A stretch of 47,836 nt of DNA from an uncultured Oscillospiraceae bacterium (lineage in GTDB: Bacteria; Bacillota; Clostridia; Oscillospirales; Oscillospiraceae): contig CAAELC010000147.1 of the NCBI GenBank assembly GCA_900756715.1, forward strand, positions 1 through 47,836. The letters are read 5' to 3'. Below are positions 1 to 9,306 of this stretch, piece by piece (position 1 is the first letter of the stretch; every line of letters starts with the position of its first letter). Below the pieces are notes generated by a model. The model saw only the letters and a program-made list of their open reading frames with translations. It searched no databases and had not been told where the DNA came from. The translations under genes were made by a program, and so were the position numbers.

Positions 1-143
1 AAATGGTTGATGGCTATTCCCGTTTGGTCGACACCAAGAGATTCTCTCAATCGGTTTAATCTGGTGTTTTCAAGATGTCCTTATGAGGAGTCGCCCTTCC
101 GCGTCCTGCTTTTTCTTGTCGGAACCACGGCCTCCCGGTTCCC

Positions 144-1061
144 TTATCCACGCTTTTCCAGCTTTTGCAGCATCTGGGTAAATTCCCGCGGCAGCGGACA
201 ACTGACCTCCACCGCCTGACCTGTGGCCGGGTGGATAAACCGCAGCCCGGTGGCATGCAGGCACTGACCCGTCAGCCCCGGCACCGGCTTTTTTGCCCCA
301 TACACCGTGTCGCCCAGAATGGGATGGCCGATATAGGCCAGATGAACCCGAATCTGGTGCGTTCGTCCTGTTTCCAGATGGCAGCGCACATGGGTTACCC
401 CCGGATACCGGGCCACTACCTCCCAGTGGGTCACGGCCCGGCGCCCATCCGGCACCACGGCCATTTTCTTCCGGTCGGACCGGCTGCGCCCGATGGGCGC
501 GTCCACGGTGCCGCTGTCTTCCCGGAAATTGCCCACCGTCAGACACTCATAGGTTCTGGCCAGCGTGTGGTCTGCCAGCTGGGCGGCCAGCGCCTGATGG
601 GCGGCGTCGTTCTTGGCTGCGATAATTAGACCGCTGGTATCCCGGTCAATGCGGTGTACAATGCCCGGGCGCAGCTGCCCTCCCACGCCGGAAAGGCTTC
701 CCGCGCAGTGGTGCAGCAGGGCGTTGACCAGCGTGCCGTCCGGGTGACCCGGTGCGGGATGCACCACCATGCCCGTGGGCTTATTTACAACAATTACATC
801 GCTGTCCTCATAAACCACATCCAGCGGAATATCCTGCGCCACAGCCTCCGGCGTCTCCGGCTGAGGCATACATACAGAGATTTCCAGCCCGGGGACCACC
901 CGCTCACTTTTCCCGGCTGCTCTGCCGCCGCAGGTTACCTGCCCGTCTGCCAGAAGCCTCGCCGCCGCCGAACGGGTCAGCCCGTCGATGTGACCGGCCA
1001 GAAAGCTGTCCAGACGCTGGCCTGCATCCTCAGCCGTTGTCAGCAGTGTGATCGTTTCCAT
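144..1061 (-). CDS. rluD: RluA-family 23S rRNA pseudouridine synthase (RluD type)
   Basis: N-terminal S4-like RLDSFLA, VVNKPTGMVVHP, catalytic GIVHRIDRDTSGL, LETGRTHQIRVH; ATG at 1061 follows AAGGAG. Confidence 0.92.
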   Translation of the reverse strand: METITLLTTAEDAGQRLDSFLAGHIDGLTRSAAARLLADGQVTCGGRAAGKSERVVPGLEISVCMPQPETPEAVAQDIPLDVVYEDSDVIVVNKPTGMVVHPAPGHPDGTLVNALLHHCAGSLSGVGGQLRPGIVHRIDRDTSGLIIAAKNDAAHQALAAQLADHTLARTYECLTVGNFREDSGTVDAPIGRSRSDRKKMAVVPDGRRAVTHWEVVARYPGVTHVRCHLETGRTHQIRVHLAYIGHPILGDTVYGAKKPVPGLTGQCLHATGLRFIHPATGQAVEVSCPLPREFTQMLQKLEKRG

Positions 1062-1533
1062 CAACAGGCTCCTTTTTCACTTTGTCGTATTTCTCATAAA
1101 ACCACAGATAGTACACACACCCCAGAACGGCGCCTACCACCACAAAGCAGTCCGCCAGATTAAAAATGGGATAGTCAAACAGCAGCAGGTCAAACATATC
1201 CACCACATAGCCGTGTACCACCCGGTCAATCATGTTTCCCAGACCGCCGCCCAGAATCAGCAGACAGGCCGCCACGCCCAGCGGGTGCCGGACAATCCGC
1301 CGCACCAGCAGCACGGCCACAGCAATCATCAGCGCCGCCGTTACCGCCAGCAGCACTGCCGTTTTCCCGGACAGACTGGACCAGGCGGCCCCGTAATTGT
1401 GCAGCCGGGTCAGGCGCATGATCCCCGGAAGCAGCGGCGCGGACTCCCCCAGTGCCAGATGGGTTACCGTCCAATATTTTAAAAGCTGGTCAAGGCCCAC
1501 CAGCGCGGCAAGAATCACAATGTATAAAATCAT
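1030..1533 (-). CDS. lspA: Signal peptidase II (lipoprotein signal peptidase)
   Basis: DQLLK, NYGAAWS, GGLGNMIDR, VVDM, FNLAD motifs; hydrophobic; canonical lspA-rluD pair. Confidence 0.96.
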   Translation of the reverse strand: MILYIVILAALVGLDQLLKYWTVTHLALGESAPLLPGIMRLTRLHNYGAAWSSLSGKTAVLLAVTAALMIAVAVLLVRRIVRHPLGVAACLLILGGGLGNMIDRVVHGYVVDMFDLLLFDYPIFNLADCFVVVGAVLGCVYYLWFYEKYDKVKKEPVDGNDHTADNG

Positions 1534-1569
1534 GGGCAGGACTTCCCTTCTGTGTTTAGCTCATTTTCT

Positions 1570-1598
1570 ATCATAGACTATTTTCGAAGGATTTGCAA
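1570..1598 (-). promoter_or_regulatory. Putative sigma-A promoter for lspA-rluD
   Basis: TTGCAA-17-TATGAT on minus strand. Confidence 0.55.
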
Positions 1599-1707
1599 TG
1601 CCGCAGCAAATCCTGTTTCACATTTTTCGCGGTTGCCTGTGATCGCACTGTCTGCCTGTCTGCCTGTTTCGATGCGGGAAGAATCTGATTTCTTCCGGTT
1701 TCACCTG

Positions 1708-1736
1708 TTGTTTTGGCCGAAAAGGTGTGGTATAAT
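1708..1736 (+). promoter_or_regulatory. Putative sigma-A promoter for the miaB operon
   Basis: TTGTTT-17-TATAAT with extended TGn. Confidence 0.6.
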
Positions 1737-1797
1737 TCTATAATTAAAGTAGAGGATTAGCGCCTTCTGTCGGATGGCGCCGTAACGGAGGTATATT

Positions 1798-3213
1798 TTG
1801 GACAGAAAACAGGTGGTTTTAACGGCGGAGGACACCCAGCGCCAGCGCAGTTTTGAGCGGCAGATTGCGGACATGCATGCCCGTCAGGGGCGGACACCTC
1901 TTGCCATGGTGGATACCTTTGGCTGTCAGCAGAATGTGGCTGACAGCCAGCATATCATGGGCATGCTGCAGGCCATGGGCTTCGCCTTTACTGAGGAGGC
2001 GGAGGAGGCGGATGTGGTGGTGCTGAACACATGTGCCATCCGGGAGCATGCGGAAAAGCGGGTGTTCGGCAATCTGGGCGCCCTGACCCACACGAAAAAG
2101 AAGAATCCGCAGCAGATCATCTGCCTGTGCGGATGCATGGCCCAGCGGCCGGAGGTGGCGGAAAAGGTGCGCAAAAGCTATCGCCATGTGGATCTGGTGT
2201 TCGGCCCGCAGGCCATGTGGAAATTTCCGGAGCTGCTTTATCAGATCTATACCCACCGGGGAAGCCGGGTCTTTTCCGTAGACGATGAACACGGCACCAT
2301 TGCCGAGGGGACTCCCGTAGTGCGCGAAGGCCGGGTGCGGGCATGGGTGTCTATTATGTACGGCTGCAACAACTTCTGCTCATACTGCATCGTGCCCTAT
2401 GTCCGGGGCCGGGAGCGCAGCCGGGAAATGGACTGCATTGTATCTGAGGTGCGGCAGCTTGCGCAGGAGGGCTATAAGGAAATTACCCTTCTGGGCCAGA
2501 ATGTAAACTCTTACGGCAAGGATCTGGAAACGCCCTGCGATTTTGCGGATCTTTTACAGGAACTGGACAAAATCGAGGGGGACTATCTCATCCGGTTCAT
2601 GTCCTCCCAGCCCAAGGACGCCTCCTTCAAACTGTTTGACACCATGGCGCACAGCCGCCATGTGGCTCATCAGCTGCACCTGCCGGTGCAGTCCGGCAGT
2701 GACCGGGTGCTGCGGGCCATGAACCGTCCTTATGACAAGGCCCGCTATCTGGAGCTGATTGGCTACGCCCGCAAGTTGATGCCGGACCTGGTGCTGACAT
2801 CGGATGTAATCATCGGCTTCCCCGGCGAAACGGAGGCCGAGGCCATGGAGACGGTGGAGCTTGTGAAGCAGGTGGAGTTCGACGCGCTGTTTACCTTCAT
2901 CTTTTCTCCGCGTCCCGGCACCCCGGCGGCCAAAATGGACGATCCGGTGCCCCGCGAGGAAAAGCAGAAGTGGTTTGACCTTCTGTGTGCCACCCAGAAT
3001 GACATTTCAGCCCGGCTCCACGCCGGGTATGTGGGCCGGGAGCTGCGGGTTCTGGTGGACGGCAAATCCGATGACGCCCGCTGGCCCCTGTCGGGCCGCA
3101 CGGCCGGTGGACGGTTGGTGCATCTGGTGGGGGATGCGGCCGCGCTGGGGCAGTACCGGCAGGTGCGTATTACCGACAGCAACACATGGGCCCTGTTCGG
3201 GGAAATGCTGTAA
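1798..3213 (+). CDS. miaB: tRNA (N6-isopentenyl-A37)-methylthiotransferase
   Basis: TFGCQQN, NTCAIRE, radical SAM CNNFCSYC, HLPVQSGS, C-terminal TRAM; TTG start after GGAGG. Confidence 0.95.
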   Translation: MDRKQVVLTAEDTQRQRSFERQIADMHARQGRTPLAMVDTFGCQQNVADSQHIMGMLQAMGFAFTEEAEEADVVVLNTCAIREHAEKRVFGNLGALTHTKKKNPQQIICLCGCMAQRPEVAEKVRKSYRHVDLVFGPQAMWKFPELLYQIYTHRGSRVFSVDDEHGTIAEGTPVVREGRVRAWVSIMYGCNNFCSYCIVPYVRGRERSREMDCIVSEVRQLAQEGYKEITLLGQNVNSYGKDLETPCDFADLLQELDKIEGDYLIRFMSSQPKDASFKLFDTMAHSRHVAHQLHLPVQSGSDRVLRAMNRPYDKARYLELIGYARKLMPDLVLTSDVIIGFPGETEAEAMETVELVKQVEFDALFTFIFSPRPGTPAAKMDDPVPREEKQKWFDLLCATQNDISARLHAGYVGRELRVLVDGKSDDARWPLSGRTAGGRLVHLVGDAAALGQYRQVRITDSNTWALFGEML

Positions 3214-3246
3214 TCGTTCATTCGCGTTTTTGATCGGGAGGAGACT

Positions 3247-5310
3247 ATGCCTGATATTCAATGTCTGCCCGCCCATGTGGCGGATCTGATTGCCGCAGGC
3301 GAGGTGGTGGAGCGGCCCGCCAGCGTGGCCAAGGAACTGCTGGAAAATGCGCTGGATGCCGGGGCCACGGCCATCGTGGCGGAGGTGCATCACGGAGGGC
3401 TGACCTATCTGCGCATCACGGACAACGGCTGCGGCATTGCGCCGGAGCAGCTGCCCACCGCGTTTCTGCGTCATGCCACCAGCAAGCTGCGCCGGGCGCA
3501 GGATCTGGCGGCCATCGGCACGCTGGGCTTCCGGGGAGAGGCGCTGGCGGCCATTTCCGCCGTGTCCCGGGTGGAAATTTTTTCCCGTCCGGCGGGGCAG
3601 GCGATGGGCGCTTCCCTGCATCTGGAGGGGGGCGTGCCCGGCCTGGTAAACGAGGCCGGGTGCCCGGAGGGCACCACCATCTGTGTGCGTGACCTGTTTT
3701 ACAACACACCGGCCCGAATGAAGTTTATGAAAAAGGATACCGCCGAGGCCACGGCAGTAACGGGGATTGTGACCCATCTGGCCCTGAGCCATCCGGAGGT
3801 ATCCTTCAAGCTGCTGCGGGACGGCACAGAGGTGCTGCATACTCCCGGTGACGGGCAGCTGCGTTCGGCCATTTATGCTGCCATGGGGCGGGAATTTGCC
3901 ATGGGCCTGCTGCCGGTGGAGGGCCGGGGCGGCGAGGTGAGTGTACAGGGATTTGTGACGAAACCGCTGTGCGGCGCAGGTACCCGGGGCAAGCAGCTGT
4001 TTTTCGTAAATGGGCGCTTTGTGCGCAACCAGATGCTTTCCGCCGCAGTGGAGGAGGCTTACCGCAACCGCCTGCTGAAGGGAAAGTTCCCGGGCTGCGT
4101 GCTGCATATTCAGCTGCCTACGGAGCTGGTGGATGTGAATGTGCACCCGGCAAAGACCGTTGTGAAATTTGTCAATGAAAAGACGGTGTTTGACGCCGTT
4201 TACTATACCATCAAGGATGTGCTGACCGCCGGAGAAAAACCGGCGGAAAAGCCCCGGCAGCCTGTCCGTCAGGAAAGCTTTTACCAGACGATGACGGTGC
4301 AGCAGTACCGGGAGCAGGCTGCCCAGAGCCGGGAAAAGGGGCCTTTGGGCAGTTATACAGGCCGGCCTGTGCTGCCCCATCCGGATGAAAAGCTGGCAGT
4401 TCGCGATGCATCTCCGGCTCAACCAGCGGCAAGGGCTTCCGCTCCGACGCTGTCTGGGGAGACGGACGCGGTGCGGGCCGCACCTGCGGCCCGGATTTGC
4501 CCGGTCCGGACGGCGGGCCCGGAGACGGCTCCGAAAGAGCGGCCTGTGGACGAGGGCGCTTCCGCGCCTGCGCCATCTGGGCAGGGGACCGGCAGCGAAG
4601 CGGCCTCTGGGGTTTCCGTAACCGCCGTCTCCGCCGTCCCGGAGAATAAGGAAAGCCCGAAAGATAGCGACAAAACCGCAGAAAAGGCGGTTCCGGTGCA
4701 AAATACCATCGACCTGCCGCTGCAATCTTCCCTGACCCAACGAGCTGCCCCCTGGCGCATCGCCGGGGAGGTGCTGCGCACTTATATCATCTGCGAGGAT
4801 GAAGAAGGAACTATATGGCTGATTGATAAGCACGCCGCCCACGAGCGGCTGCGGTTCAACGCCCTGAAGGCGGGGCTGGAGCCGCCTATGAGTCAGATGC
4901 TGCTGACGCCGCTGACGGTGCAGCTGGAGGCAGACGATTACGGGGCGGCGCTGGAGCAGCTGTCCTGTCTGGATGAGTTCGGTTTCCAGTGCGAGGATTT
5001 CGGCGGCGGAACGCTGCTGGTGCGGCAGATTCCGGCAGACATTCCGGCGGAGGAAGCCGCCGCCACGGTAGAGGAGCTGTGCCACCAGCTGGCGCTGGGG
5101 CGGGCCGATCCGGCTGCCGGTCGGGACGCGCTGCTGCAAACCATGGCCTGCAAGTCTGCCATCAAGGCCGGCATGCACTCGGACGAGCGGGAGCTGCGGG
5201 CGTTGGTGGACAAGGTCCAGTCGGGAGAAATTCAATACTGCCCGCATGGGCGGCCTGTGGCTGTGAAGCTGACCCGTTATGAGGTGGAGAAGATGTTCAA
5301 GCGGGCCTGA
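3247..5310 (+). CDS. mutL: DNA mismatch repair endonuclease MutL
   Basis: IAAGEVVERPAS, ELLENALDAGA, TLGFRGEAL, VDVNVHPAK, DKHAAHER, CPHGRP. Confidence 0.97.
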   Translation: MPDIQCLPAHVADLIAAGEVVERPASVAKELLENALDAGATAIVAEVHHGGLTYLRITDNGCGIAPEQLPTAFLRHATSKLRRAQDLAAIGTLGFRGEALAAISAVSRVEIFSRPAGQAMGASLHLEGGVPGLVNEAGCPEGTTICVRDLFYNTPARMKFMKKDTAEATAVTGIVTHLALSHPEVSFKLLRDGTEVLHTPGDGQLRSAIYAAMGREFAMGLLPVEGRGGEVSVQGFVTKPLCGAGTRGKQLFFVNGRFVRNQMLSAAVEEAYRNRLLKGKFPGCVLHIQLPTELVDVNVHPAKTVVKFVNEKTVFDAVYYTIKDVLTAGEKPAEKPRQPVRQESFYQTMTVQQYREQAAQSREKGPLGSYTGRPVLPHPDEKLAVRDASPAQPAARASAPTLSGETDAVRAAPAARICPVRTAGPETAPKERPVDEGASAPAPSGQGTGSEAASGVSVTAVSAVPENKESPKDSDKTAEKAVPVQNTIDLPLQSSLTQRAAPWRIAGEVLRTYIICEDEEGTIWLIDKHAAHERLRFNALKAGLEPPMSQMLLTPLTVQLEADDYGAALEQLSCLDEFGFQCEDFGGGTLLVRQIPADIPAEEAAATVEELCHQLALGRADPAAGRDALLQTMACKSAIKAGMHSDERELRALVDKVQSGEIQYCPHGRPVAVKLTRYEVEKMFKRA

Positions 5311-5418
5311 GGCTGGCAATTTTCCCGAAAATTTCGCCTTGTTTTGCACTTTTCCACAAAGTTTTCCACCCATTATTTCTATTATTCGCTGTTTATGCAG
5401 CAGAAAGAGCGTGTACTT

Positions 5419-8016
5419 ATGGCTGAACTGACCCCCATGATGCGGCAATATATGCAGATCAAGGAGCAGAACCGGGATGCCATTCTGTTTTTCCGGCTGG
5501 GCGATTTTTACGAGATGTTCGGAGAGGACGCCAAAACCGCCTCACAGGAGTTGGATCTGGCCCTGACTACCCGGGACCGGGGCAAGGCGGAGGGAGAGCG
5601 TACCCCCATGTGTGGTATTCCCTATCACTCCTCAGACGGTTATATCGCCCGGCTGATCGCCAAAGGCTACAAGGTGGCCATTTGCGAGCAGACAGAAGAC
5701 CCGGCCACCGCCAAGGGTCTGGTCAAGCGGGACATCATCCGGGTGGTAACGCCGGGCACAGTGCTGGATGACGCTTCGCTGGAGGCCGGACGCAGCAACT
5801 TCTGCGCCGGGGTGTGGCTGGAGGGGCAGCAGGCGGGCTTTGCCGCCTGCGATATTTCCACCGGGCGCACCCATGCAACAGCCTTTGAGGGGGCAGAGTG
5901 CGTCAGCCATCTGCTCAACGAACTGGGGCGCTTTGCCCCGGCAGAGGTTGTGCTGAATCAGGAGGCGGCGGCAAACGATGATCTGTGCCGCCTGACGGAG
6001 GAGCGTATGACCTGCCACCGGGAGGTACGGCCCATGAACAGTTCTTCCGCGCAGGGATTGGTGCACCGGCAGTTTGGCTCCGATGCACTGGCGCGCTTGC
6101 CGGAAAATAATCCGGCTGCCCTGCTGGCGCTGGGAAATCTGCTGGGCTATCTGCATGAGACGCAGAAGGGCGATCTGCATCACATAGACACACTGGATTA
6201 TTATCGTCTGGGCCAGTTTATGGAGTTGGATCTGACGGCCCGGCGGAATCTGGAGCTGACACAGACGCTGCGCGGAAAAGAGAAAAAGGGCAGCCTTCTG
6301 TGGGTGCTGGACAAAACGAAAACCGCCATGGGCGCCCGGATGCTGCGCAGCTGGCTGGAGCGGCCGCTGCTGAATGTGCAGGAGATTCTGCGCCGTTCCG
6401 ATTGCGTGGAGAAGCTGTGCGGCGACACGGTAACCCGCGAGGAGCTGATGGTGGCCCTGACAGGCATCGGTGATATGGAGCGGCTGATGAGCCGCATCGT
6501 ATACGGCACCGCCGGCGGCCGCGATCTGGCTGCCCTGCGCGGGGCTATGGAAAAGCTGCCCCATGTGAAGGAGCTGCTGGGCGCTTTCGACCGGGGGCGT
6601 CTGGGCGAGCTGGGTCGGGAACTGGACACGCTGGACGATCTGGCAGGTCAGATTGCCGAAACCCTGATGGACGAGCCTCCCTTCTCTGTGCGGGAAGGGG
6701 AATTCATCCGGGATGGTTTTGACCCGGAGGTTGACCGGTTGCGCTCCATTCTGCATGGCGGCAAGGGGATCATCGCCTCCATGGAAGCGGCAGAGAAGGA
6801 AAAAACCGGTATCCGCACCCTGAAAATCGGCTATAACAAGGTATTCGGCTACTATATTGAGGTATCCAATTCCTTCAAGGACCTGGTGCCTGACACATAT
6901 ATCCGCAAGCAGACGCTGGTAAATGGCGAGCGCTACATCACGCAGGAGCTGAAGGATCTGGAGCATGAAGTGCTGTCTGCCTCTGACCGGGACGCGGCGC
7001 TGGAATATGAACTGTTCACCCGGCTGCGGCAGGATATTGCCGGGCAGGTGGCCCGGATTCAGTCCGCCGCCTCCGCTGTGGCAGAACTGGATGCGCTGTG
7101 CTCGCTGGCGGCGGTGGCCGTGAAAAACAACTATTGCCGCCCCACGGTAGATGACTCGGGCGTCATCGAGATCATAGACGGACGCCACCCGGTGGTGGAG
7201 CAGATGCGGCCGGACAGCCTGTTCGTGCCGAACGACACCTATATGGGCCAGACCGAGAACCGGGCGGCCATCATCACCGGCCCCAATATGGCCGGCAAGT
7301 CTACCTATATGCGGCAGGTTGCCCTGATTGTGCTGATGGCGCAGATTGGCTCCTTCGTGCCGGCCAAAAGCGCCCATCTCGGCGTAGTCGACCGGATTTT
7401 TACCCGCATCGGCGCATCGGATGACCTGTCAGCGGGACAGTCCACCTTCATGGTGGAAATGACGGAGGTCAGTGAAATCCTTCACGCCGCCACAAGGGAT
7501 AGCCTGCTGATTCTGGATGAGATCGGCCGCGGCACCAGCACCTTTGACGGCATGAGCATTGCCCGGGCAGTGCTGGAATACTGCGCAAACCCCAAAAAGT
7601 TGGGGGCCAAAACCCTGTTTGCCACCCACTACCATGAGCTGACCGCCATGGAGGGAACGCTGCCCGGGGTGAAGAATTTCAACATTGCCGTGCGCACCCG
7701 GGGCGAGGAGATTATCTTTCTGCGCAAGATTATTCCCGGCGGCGCCGACCGCAGCTATGGCATCGAGGTGGCCCGTCTGGCAGGATTGCCCGACGGGGTG
7801 GTCAGCCGGGCCAAGACCATTTTAAAGGAGCTGGAGGAGCAGGCGGGAAAGCCCGCCGCCCGGCCGGCCGCCTCCTGCGAGGAGGAGCAGCAGGTATCGC
7901 TTCAGGCTGTGGCGGAACAGGAGGTGCTGGCCCGTCTGCGGCGGGAGCAGGTGGACACCATGAGCCCGCTGGAGGCGCTGAACCTGCTGTATGAACTGAA
8001 ACAGAAGCTGCTCTGA
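5419..8016 (+). CDS. mutS: DNA mismatch repair protein MutS
   Basis: TPMMRQY, FFRLGDFYEMF, ITGPNMAGKSTY, DEIGRGTST, FATHYHEL; start placed at MAELTPMM. Confidence 0.97.
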   Translation: MAELTPMMRQYMQIKEQNRDAILFFRLGDFYEMFGEDAKTASQELDLALTTRDRGKAEGERTPMCGIPYHSSDGYIARLIAKGYKVAICEQTEDPATAKGLVKRDIIRVVTPGTVLDDASLEAGRSNFCAGVWLEGQQAGFAACDISTGRTHATAFEGAECVSHLLNELGRFAPAEVVLNQEAAANDDLCRLTEERMTCHREVRPMNSSSAQGLVHRQFGSDALARLPENNPAALLALGNLLGYLHETQKGDLHHIDTLDYYRLGQFMELDLTARRNLELTQTLRGKEKKGSLLWVLDKTKTAMGARMLRSWLERPLLNVQEILRRSDCVEKLCGDTVTREELMVALTGIGDMERLMSRIVYGTAGGRDLAALRGAMEKLPHVKELLGAFDRGRLGELGRELDTLDDLAGQIAETLMDEPPFSVREGEFIRDGFDPEVDRLRSILHGGKGIIASMEAAEKEKTGIRTLKIGYNKVFGYYIEVSNSFKDLVPDTYIRKQTLVNGERYITQELKDLEHEVLSASDRDAALEYELFTRLRQDIAGQVARIQSAASAVAELDALCSLAAVAVKNNYCRPTVDDSGVIEIIDGRHPVVEQMRPDSLFVPNDTYMGQTENRAAIITGPNMAGKSTYMRQVALIVLMAQIGSFVPAKSAHLGVVDRIFTRIGASDDLSAGQSTFMVEMTEVSEILHAATRDSLLILDEIGRGTSTFDGMSIARAVLEYCANPKKLGAKTLFATHYHELTAMEGTLPGVKNFNIAVRTRGEEIIFLRKIIPGGADRSYGIEVARLAGLPDGVVSRAKTILKELEEQAGKPAARPAASCEEEQQVSLQAVAEQEVLARLRREQVDTMSPLEALNLLYELKQKLL

Positions 8017-8054
8017 ATGGCGCAGAAGCTTACTATCCGGGAAAGGAGTGCTGC

Positions 8055-8999
8055 ATGGACAACCGCGTGATTTGCGTGGCCGGACCAACGGCCAGCGGCA
8101 AAACAAAAATGGGCGTGGCATTGGCCCGCCGCTTTGGCGGCGAGGTGGTGTCGGTGGATTCCATGCAGATTTATCGGGGCATGGCCATCGGCACCGCTGC
8201 TCCCACTGAGGAGGAGATGGAGGGAATCCCTCACCACATGGTGGCGGTGGCAGATCCGGCTGAAAACTGGTCCGTTGCCCGCTTTACCCGGCAGGCCGAT
8301 GCCTGCGTGCAGGATATTCTGCGCCGGGGCAAGCGGCCCATTCTGGTGGGCGGCACGGGGCTGTATCTGGACGCGCTGGTGCGGGGCAGTGAATTTGCCC
8401 CCGGCGACAGCAGCGGCCAGACCCGGCAGGCTTTGCGGCGGGAGCTGGAGCAGGGCGGCATCGAGCCGCTTTGGCGGCAGCTGCAGGAAATTGATCCGGA
8501 GTGTGCCCGGCGGCTGCATCCGGGGGATGAAAAGCGCATTTTGCGAGCGCTGGAGGTCTGGCGGGAAACCGGCGAGACGATGACCGAGCATGACCGGCGC
8601 ACGCGTCTGCTGCCGCCCCGGTATCAGGCGTATTACATCGGCCTGACCTTTGAAGACCGGGCCGACCTGAAAGAGCGCATTGACCGGCGGGTGGACGAAA
8701 TGGTAGACCGCGGCCTTCTGCAGGAGGTGCAGACGCTGCTGGAGCGGGGACTTCCCCGCAGCGCCACGGCGCTGCAGGCCATTGGCTATAAACAGTTTCT
8801 GGCCGTGTATGACGGCAGCGCCACGGTGGAGGAAGCTGTGGCGGAGGTGAAGCTGCGCTCCCGTCAGTACGCCAAGCGGCAGCTGACCTGGCTGCGGCGC
8901 AACAAAGATATACACTGGATTTTCTGGGAAAAAAATCCGGATTTCCCGAAGGGGCTCCAGAATGCGACAGAATATCTCGCCGCCATGGGCTTACTATGA
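8055..8999 (+). CDS. miaA: tRNA dimethylallyltransferase
   Basis: GPTASGKT, SVDSMQIYRGM, VGGTGLY, QAIGYK, RQYAKRQLTW. Confidence 0.97.
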   Translation: MDNRVICVAGPTASGKTKMGVALARRFGGEVVSVDSMQIYRGMAIGTAAPTEEEMEGIPHHMVAVADPAENWSVARFTRQADACVQDILRRGKRPILVGGTGLYLDALVRGSEFAPGDSSGQTRQALRRELEQGGIEPLWRQLQEIDPECARRLHPGDEKRILRALEVWRETGETMTEHDRRTRLLPPRYQAYYIGLTFEDRADLKERIDRRVDEMVDRGLLQEVQTLLERGLPRSATALQAIGYKQFLAVYDGSATVEEAVAEVKLRSRQYAKRQLTWLRRNKDIHWIFWEKNPDFPKGLQNATEYLAAMGLL

Positions 9000-9053
9000 G
9001 CTCAGGGCGGACAGGCTATCGTCCGCGCCAATACAGAAAAAGGAGCAGACGAC

Positions 9054-9287
9054 ATGCAAAAAAACAACAATTTACAGGAAGTTTTTCTTACCAGAGTGCG
9101 CAAGCAATCCACGCCTGTCACCGTGTTTCTGGTGAACGGGTTTCAGCTGAGGGGGCTTATCACCGCGTTTGATTGCTTTACTCTGGTGCTGGATACAGAA
9201 GGACGGCAGCAGGTGATTTATAAGCATGCCGTTTCCACCATCGTTCCCCTGCACCCTGTTTCCCTGATGGAGGCGCAGGAGAACTGA
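9054..9287 (+). CDS. hfq: RNA chaperone Hfq
   Basis: NLQEVFL, VFLVNGFQLRG, YKHAVSTI; follows miaA. Confidence 0.95.
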   Translation: MQKNNNLQEVFLTRVRKQSTPVTVFLVNGFQLRGLITAFDCFTLVLDTEGRQQVIYKHAVSTIVPLHPVSLMEAQEN

Positions 9288-9306
9288 CAAACGAGGTCAT
9301 ATCATC

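Noticed and set aside
3007..5448. 813-aa minus-strand ORF
   Set aside because: Antisense to mutL; no recognisable domain
5632..7377. 581-aa minus-strand ORF
   Set aside because: Antisense shadow of mutS
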